From NCBI RefSeq assembly GCF_009914755.1, contig NC_060926.1: a stretch of DNA of 64,000 nucleotides, one strand, 5' to 3'. The notes beneath the pieces are model-generated. The model was not told the origin of the DNA. It made no database searches and worked only from the letters and a program-made list of their open reading frames with translations. The DNA comes from the human T2T-CHM13v2.0 reference genome, Homo sapiens. The stretch's first letter is position 1; each line of letters begins with the position of its first letter. The translations under genes and the position numbers were made by a program. This document shows positions 55,939 through 64,000 of this stretch, piece by piece.

Positions 55939-56649
55939 TTTTTTTTTTTTTTTTGAGGCTGAGTCTTGCTCTGTTGCCCAGGTTGGAGTGCAATGGCACT
56001 ATCTTGGCTCACTGCAACCTCCACACCTGCTTCAAGCAATCCTCCTGCCTCAGCCTCCCGAATAGCTGGGATTACAGGCACCTGCCACCACACCCGGCTA
56101 ATTTTTGTATTTTTAGTAGAGACGGGGTTTCGCCATGTTGGCCAGGGTGGTCTCGAACTCCTGACCTAAGGTGATCCACCTGCCTCGGCCTCCCAAAGTG
56201 CTGGGATTACAGGTATGAGCCACTGCGTCTGGCCAGCAACCATTTTATTGAAAGAAGAAAAACGGACCTCACCAGAGAGAGAAAAGGATGGAGAGGGGGC
56301 TCAGCATCATCAGCTCTTTACCAGTCCCATACTTTGACTATAATTTGTGGTACTGCAACATGATTTCTAGTAATGTTTTTTACAAATCAAGTAATCACCC
56401 GACAAGAAAGGTATTAATTTGTTCTACTGACAGGCAGTTCAGGCCATTAAAGTTAAGTGAAATGCTTAAGGTTAGAAAGCCAATAAATGGTAGCAAAATA
56501 ATTTTTAAGTCAATGGACTCTAGATATGATGTTTTTATTTTTACTTTTCACTACTAAGTAATTTGGGTGTCTTTTAAAACTTTATTGTATCAATACAAAT
56601 GATGATGGATGATAATAATGATAGTAATTCAAATAAATAGTGCCACTAC

Positions 56650-56900
56650 TGCTAACAGTGTACCTAACACTTACTGAAAACCTACATGTACAGGCACTAC
56701 TGTTTCAAGTGTTTTATACGTGTATCAACTCATTGAATCCTTGCATCAACTTCATAAGGGACATATTATTATTCCTATGTTATTGATGAGGAAACCAGGC
56801 AAAGAGAGGTTAGGCAACTCACACTAGGTCACACAGTATTAAGCAGCAGAGGCAGAATTTTAAATCACATGGGTAAGCTCCAGAGCCCCCTACTCTTAAT
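56650..56900 (-). mobile_element. MIR SINE
   Basis: gatgaggaaaccaggcaaagagaggttaggcaact...aggtcacacag. Confidence 0.7.
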
Positions 56901-57459
56901 CTCTGTTATACAATTAATTTTGCTAAATAATATTGGATATATTTATTAGGAGTATATTAGCCTATAAAAGAATACCATGGAACAGGACATAAACCTTTTG
57001 GAAATGTTTAATTTGAAGAATTTTTTTTTTTTTTGAGATGGAGTCTTGCTCTGTCACCCAGGCTAGAGTGCAGTGGCACGATCTTGGCTGACTGCAACCT
57101 CCGCCTCCTGAGTTCAAGCCATTCTCCTGCCTCAGCCTCCCTAGTAGCTGGGATTACAGGCACTCACCACCAAGCCCAGCTAATCTTTGTATTTTCAGTA
57201 CAGACGGGGCTTCACCACGTTGGCCAGGCTGGTCTCGAACTTCTGACCTCGTGATCCACCTGCCTCGGCCTCCCACAGTGCTGAGATTACAGGCATGAGC
57301 CACCGTGCCTGGCCCAGGAATTAAAAAAATAATAATAATACTTTTACATGTCATATTTTATTCAAATATATAAAAATACCAAAATATTAAATCAGATCCT
57401 TTATTTTATTAATAGGTAGCTCCTCAGATGTTTTAGTATTGTAAATAGTAGTATGTGGA

Positions 57460-57712
57460 GACAGTATAGCACAATGACTAAGGATACAAGCTCAAAAAAA
57501 ACTGGCTCTTGGTTACATTCCTGGCTTAGTAGCCACCCTGTTATCTTGCATAAGTACCTTAGCCTCTTTAACTTAAGCTCCTCAACTCATTTTCAGTTCA
57601 TCTATAAAATGGAGATAATCATGGTGCTTACCTTATAAAATTACTGTGAAGATTAAGTAAGACTGATAATACTTAACAGTACCTGGCAGAGATGACCTCT
57701 CAACATTAGCTA
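57460..57712 (+). mobile_element. MIR SINE
   Basis: catctataaaatggagataat...aacagtacctggca. Confidence 0.6.
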
Positions 57713-58561
57713 TCATCATAATTGAGATGGGATACTGAAAGTTACCAAGGTCCACTCAAAATGTATTTCAAATTCCACCTGGAGGCTTAAAAAAAGTTAT
57801 CCAATTTCATCTTCTAAAAACTCTTATGAGGTAGAAATAATGATTTCTATTACAAAATACTACTCATGACAGGTATTTAGAATGGTTCTAGAAGCTTAGA
57901 AGATAATGTTAAATCCACAAATGCCAAGTGCTGACCACAGATAAAAATGAATACTGTTCCCTTTAAAGTATCAGTAGTCATTAGGAGAGGCTATAAAACT
58001 ATTCCAACAATCCTGCCAGTTTCAAAGTATGTATCACATTAATTCTTTCCGAACTATAAAAGTATGTTCACTTAGAAAATTTGAATAAAGAAAAAACACA
58101 CAAAAGAGAAAACAGTTACTTAATGTCTCAGTTTAAGAATATTCTTTTTTTCTTTTTTTTGAGACGGAGTCTCGCTCTGTCACCCAGGCTGTCCCCAGGA
58201 CTTTTTTTTTTTTTTAAACCTACCTATCTCTACCTTTATTCACTGTGGTCCCTACTGCTTAGAACACCCCTTTCTTTTCTCTCTACTTAATGTTTACTGT
58301 TCAGTCAAATCTCATGTTCTCTATAAAGTTTTCCACAACTTTCCCATCTTAGACTTATTTGTAATTACAACTTGTAAAAAGTCAAGTCAAATATGGAGTA
58401 TTAGAAAGAAAACTATGAATACTGGGGGGTAAAGTGAATAAAATAAAAATAAATAAATAAATAAATAATAGAAAACAGAACCTAGCTGTATGACTGGACA
58501 AGTCAATTAACCTCTCTAGAATTCAATTCTTTGCCTGCAAAATGAGAGGGACAAACTAGAT

Positions 58562-58742
58562 CAGCGGTTCTCAAAGCATAAATTAATTAGAATTATGTGG
58601 AAGTTTGGTTAAAACAGATTGCTGGGCTCCACCTCCGTAATTTCTGATTCAGAAAATTAGGGAGGAATGAGAATTTGCAGTGCTAACACGTTCCCAAGGG
58701 ATGCTGATGGTGGTGGACCAGGATCACGCTTTGAGAACCATG
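58562..58742. mobile_element. MER5A
   Basis: cagcggttctcaaag...cagattgctgggc...tttctgattcag...ctttgagaacca. Confidence 0.8.
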
Positions 58743-59569
58743 GGAGTCAAAGAAAAGTCTTTGAATGCCAAGGTAAAACAACTGATCTTTATTCTGTTTT
58801 TTTTTTTGTTTTTTTTTTAGTGGAAAAATTTCAATTACTGTTGTAACATTCATCAAACCTTTTATTAAGAGATGGCTTTGGCAGCAACGTGCATATAAGA
58901 AACTAAGGCACAATAAAAAAGACTCCTTCAATATCAGCAATAAATTAGAAAAAGGCCTGGATTAGGGTGGTGGTAGTAAGAATAAGAACAAAATAGAACA
59001 TGAAATCAGGAATCACTTTCTAGAATTGTGAGATCACTATATCATTTTTAGGGATTTAGTGTTCAAGTTACTTTCTTAGTACATTTCAATTTCTAATGTT
59101 TAAAATTAAAAATTTGGGGGAAAATGACAGACTAGGTAGACTCATTTTTTTTTTTTTGTTTTTGAGACAGGGTCTCACTCTGTCGCCCAGGATAGACTGC
59201 AGTGGCATGATCACAGCTCACTGCAGCCTCGACTTCTGGAGCTCAAGTGATCCTCCCACACCTCAGCCTCCTTAAGTAGCTGGGACCAAAGGCGCACATT
59301 TGTTTTTTGCAGAGATGGGGTCTCACCATGTTCCCAGGCTTGTAGGTAGACTCATTTTATCTCCAAGACTATTTAATGTAATTAGTAAGAAAATAAAAAG
59401 ATATAAACCCCTACAACAAAGAAAACAGGATGGACACCATCAGTGTACATAAGAAATTTCAACAGATTTCTGGAACACACAAAAATAAAGGAATGTGGCC
59501 AGGTGCAGTGGCTCATGCTTGTAATCCCAGCACTTTGGGAGGCCAGAGTGGGCTGATCACCTGAAGTCA

Positions 59570-59968
<399 letters not shown>

Positions 59969-61165
59969 TCACTTGAGCCTAAGAGTTCGAGGCTGCAGCG
60001 TGCTATCATTACATTATGCACTCCAAGCCTAGGCAACCAAGTGGAATACCGTCTCTAAAGATGAAAAACAAACAAAAACCTCAGAGAAGCTTTTAACTCA
60101 GAAAATGCAAGTACAACAAAGGACACAGTGATATGTGGATCTCAAAACAAGCCAAATCTCACCAAACCACCAAACAAGCATAAAGATAGATTAAATAGAT
60201 TTCCAGACACACAGAGACTTATAAAGTTAATCTTCTCCACAATCTTTCTTAAGAAATTACTTGAAGACATATTTCAGCAAAACTAAGGTGTAAACACCAA
60301 AAGAGGAAGACACGGTATGCAGCAATTAATGGACTATCTCAGGAAAGCAACAAAGAGAAGGAATCCCATGATAAAGGGTATAAAATAGGTCCAAAGAAAC
60401 CAGTATACATTGGAAGAGGGCTCTGGGAATGAAATGTCCTTGAAAAAAAGTTATAGATTAGATAGTAGGAAACTTGGAAAAACTTGAGGACATAAAAGGC
60501 TGTAAGTGGTATGTAAAAAAGAATCCATCAAAACAGCTAGAAATAATCTTTTGAGTGGCCTACGGACAGTTGTATCAGTTAGTGGAGAACAAAACATAAT
60601 TTTAGCACATATTCAGCACTATAGAGGTAAAATGTCCATATTCGTAAGGTGAACATTTACTTTTTAACTTCAACAATCAACCTACATATAAATCAATGAA
60701 GAAAACTTCACTAACAATAGGATAATTATGTTATCAACTGTGATAATGAAAATGTAGAACTGAAACAGTACAATGTAAAAGGCAAGAACCACGAATGTCG
60801 TAATACAAAGGACGGAGTCTACAGATATTATCCAAGTTGAAGAAACATAAAATTAAGCTTTAAGTATATGATTTAAAGCTATACTGGGATGAGTTGGATG
60901 GTAAGAATGTTGTATGTAGACCATCACAGCAGAAATCAATAGACAATGTTTAAATGTGATAATGGGATAAACTCTGAGCAGCCAATATAGACATTACACT
61001 ATTTATGCACAGAAACTCATCTACTTTAGTCAAAGTTCACCACTCAGGATCTTTACTTTGCACACAATTCTTTTAATTAGGGCACCAGATTTCCAAGTCT
61101 GCATACCTAACAGTGCATGTGGATTTACTAGAGATTATAAAATCAGTATACAAACTGCCCCATAA

Positions 61166-61456
<291 letters not shown>

Positions 61457-61954
61457 TAAGATGCTGTATCTGCAGTACAACTGATCTACATAGAAGCTTA
61501 GAAAATCAATAAAAATAATCATGGGGGGTAGATTTCATAGCAGGGATAGGGATGTGGTTTAGGGGTAAGATAAGGACAGACCATGAAACATGAAAAACTA
61601 CATGTTCAGAGAGAAGGGACATTAACAAATGAGCAAAGCTAACTCAGGAGCTTTGTCACGAGAAGTCACAGTAAACTCGAGAAGGAAGTCTTCAGGAACT
61701 CAAAGTCATTGAATGAATATACAAAACTGGCAGACGCAGGACTACAGAAATATTTTTTAGGCAAGCCTGTTTCTTACCATCAAAATTACAAGACAGCCTT
61801 TGCAGCTGGAAATACAAGAATCATAAGGCAGACGCAGCAGACTTTTAAAAATCGCCATTATTTTGTACTTTATATGGGCAAATATATATATATACACACA
61901 CACATACATATATTTCAAATCTTTACCAAAGTAGATGAAATATCGCATTAAAGA

Positions 61955-61969
61955 ACAGCAGATGGCGCC
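61955..61969 (+). promoter_or_regulatory. Candidate CTCF core motif
   Basis: ACAGCAGATGGCGCC versus consensus CCASYAGRKGGCRS, one mismatch, in non-repeat sequence. Confidence 0.5.
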
Positions 61970-62520
61970 AAAATATCTTTTTAAAAAAATCATTGCCTTG
62001 GGTCACTATAAAAGAGCGTAAACTAGAAAAAAAAATACAAATTATCCAAGTTTTATTTTTATTTTTTTGAGGCGGAGCCTCACTCTGTTGCTCAGGCTGG
62101 AGTGCAGTGGCGTGATCTCAGTTCACTGCAACCTCTGTCTCCCAAGGTTTCGCCATGTTGGCCAGGCTGGTCTTGAGCTCCTGACCTCAGGTGGTCCACC
62201 CACCTCGGCCTCCCAAAGTGCTGGGATTACAGGCGTGAGCCACCGTGCCCAGCCCACTTATCCAAGTTTTCATGTAGTAAATCTACAGACTGATGTCAAT
62301 AACAATGTTCTAAAGCATGAGTACTTAATGAAAAACATAATACAGGCCAGGCGTGGTGACTCACGCCTGTAATCCCAGCACTTTGGGAGGCCAAGGTGGG
62401 CAGATCACCTGAAGTCACGAGCTCAAGACCAACCTGGCCATCATGGTGTATCCCCGTCTCTACTAAAAATACAAAAATTAGCTGGGCATGGTAGCACATG
62501 CCTGTAATTCCAGCTATTCA

Positions 62521-62697
<177 letters not shown>

Positions 62698-62986
62698 CTA
62701 GAAAAAGGGTCGGGCGCAGTGGCTTATGCCTGTAATGCCAGCACCTTGGGAGGCCAAGACGGTTGGATCACGAGGTCAGGAGTTCAAGACCAGGTCAACA
62801 TGGTGAAACCCCGTCTCTACTAAAAATACAAAAATTAGCTGGGCGTGGTAGCCCGCGCCTGTAATCCCAGCTACTCAGGAGGCTGAGGCAGGAGAATGGC
62901 TTGAATCCGGGAGGCGGAGGTCGCAGTGAGCAGAGATCGCGCCACTCTGCACTCCAGCCTGGGCGACTGAGCAAAACTCTGTCTCC

Positions 62987-63023
<37 letters not shown>

Positions 63024-64000
63024 GTATTAATAGCTATAAAATTAAAGGAATTCATATCAACATTTACTTCAACTCTTAATGGCACTAACAGAACTAATGA
63101 GCAATACAGGTAATTTAAAGCCACTCTTCAGAGATACGTATTTCCTTTCTTGATTCTAGGATGCGATGTATAAGCAGAAACACTACAATAAAATGTACCC
63201 AACTAATCTGAAGATCATCCAGAGTTCAAAATATTAAAATACAAAAATAAAAAATGAAAAAAAATTAAGGATTTAGAGAACTTGTGCCAAAGTCAATGGT
63301 TCGCTTTTATCATGATATTGGAGTTAAGACTGAATTCAATTTCAGATGTCTTGGAGGATTTTTTAAAAAAAGATTAAACTAATTTCACCGATTGGTGCTG
63401 TGAAGAGAGGTTGGGAAAAACTTGGCAAAGATTTAAAAGTAACAGGCTCTAGATGATTTACATACATACACAAAAAGAGTATATTTCCATAAATGGATGA
63501 GACCTCAAGAAAGATTCTCTTCCAATCCCTTGTATACAAACAGCTGAAGCTTTACTCTTGTCTTTCTTATTTGCAGCCCTCAAAGTGTTTTCACAGTTAC
63601 GCTTTCAAGGTAGCTGGGGGGTTTACACCCTTCAAGCACTGAAACAGAATTTTAACTTTAATCATTTTGATTAAAAATATTTCCAAACCCAATTATGTTG
63701 TCTTTTAAGACAAGGATATTCTTAAAATAATATTAATACTTTCATATTATAAGATAATCATTAGGATCATGAAATAGTCTATTTTTTTGTGCTAGGATGA
63801 GACCTGAGATTGAGGCCCCATTTATCAGTACCAAGCTATTTTCTAGAATAAGTTATCCTAAATGCTTAGTTTGAGATTCTCATGAAAAGTTCATAGATTT
63901 TCCCCCCTTTCTTGCTGTCATGTTGCTGTTTCTAGCTGTCCATGGGCTAACTATAAAATCCTCTCTTCTCTGATAAACCGATAAAATAAGCTTAGGAGAC

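Overview
Human-type (primate, Alu-rich) genomic DNA of the MSH6/FBXO11 locus at 2p16. The + strand carries MSH6 exons 4-10 (CDS 2549-10809; mismatch-binding, connector, core and ATPase domains of MutS-alpha). The - strand carries FBXO11 exons 2-23 (CDS 43715-12067; F-box, CASH/PbH1 beta-helix, UBR-box zinc finger) and about 20 kb of its intron 1. All 29 exon boundaries were read by hand, follow GT-AG and keep frame. The genes converge tail-to-tail on a palindromic double poly(A) signal (AATAAA-C-TTTATT, 10878-10890). Introns contain about 70 Alus, Tigger/MER DNA transposons, MIR/L2/L1 remnants, an RPL36A retropseudogene and a U6 pseudogene. This is a well-studied locus and no wholly new gene family is supported. 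The best leads, all hypotheses, are: (i) possible coupled 3'-end/antisense control, with stop-free in-frame short introns in both genes; (ii) a polyadenylated 1.3-kb orphan retro-insert (Alu + unique DNA + MER31-like LTR) nested in a Tigger1; (iii) a candidate FBXO11 intron-1 exon supplying an in-frame strong-Kozak AUG, plus an 87-codon out-of-frame ORF over exons 2-4. Repeat families and exon numbers come from recalled consensus sequences and annotation, not a database search.
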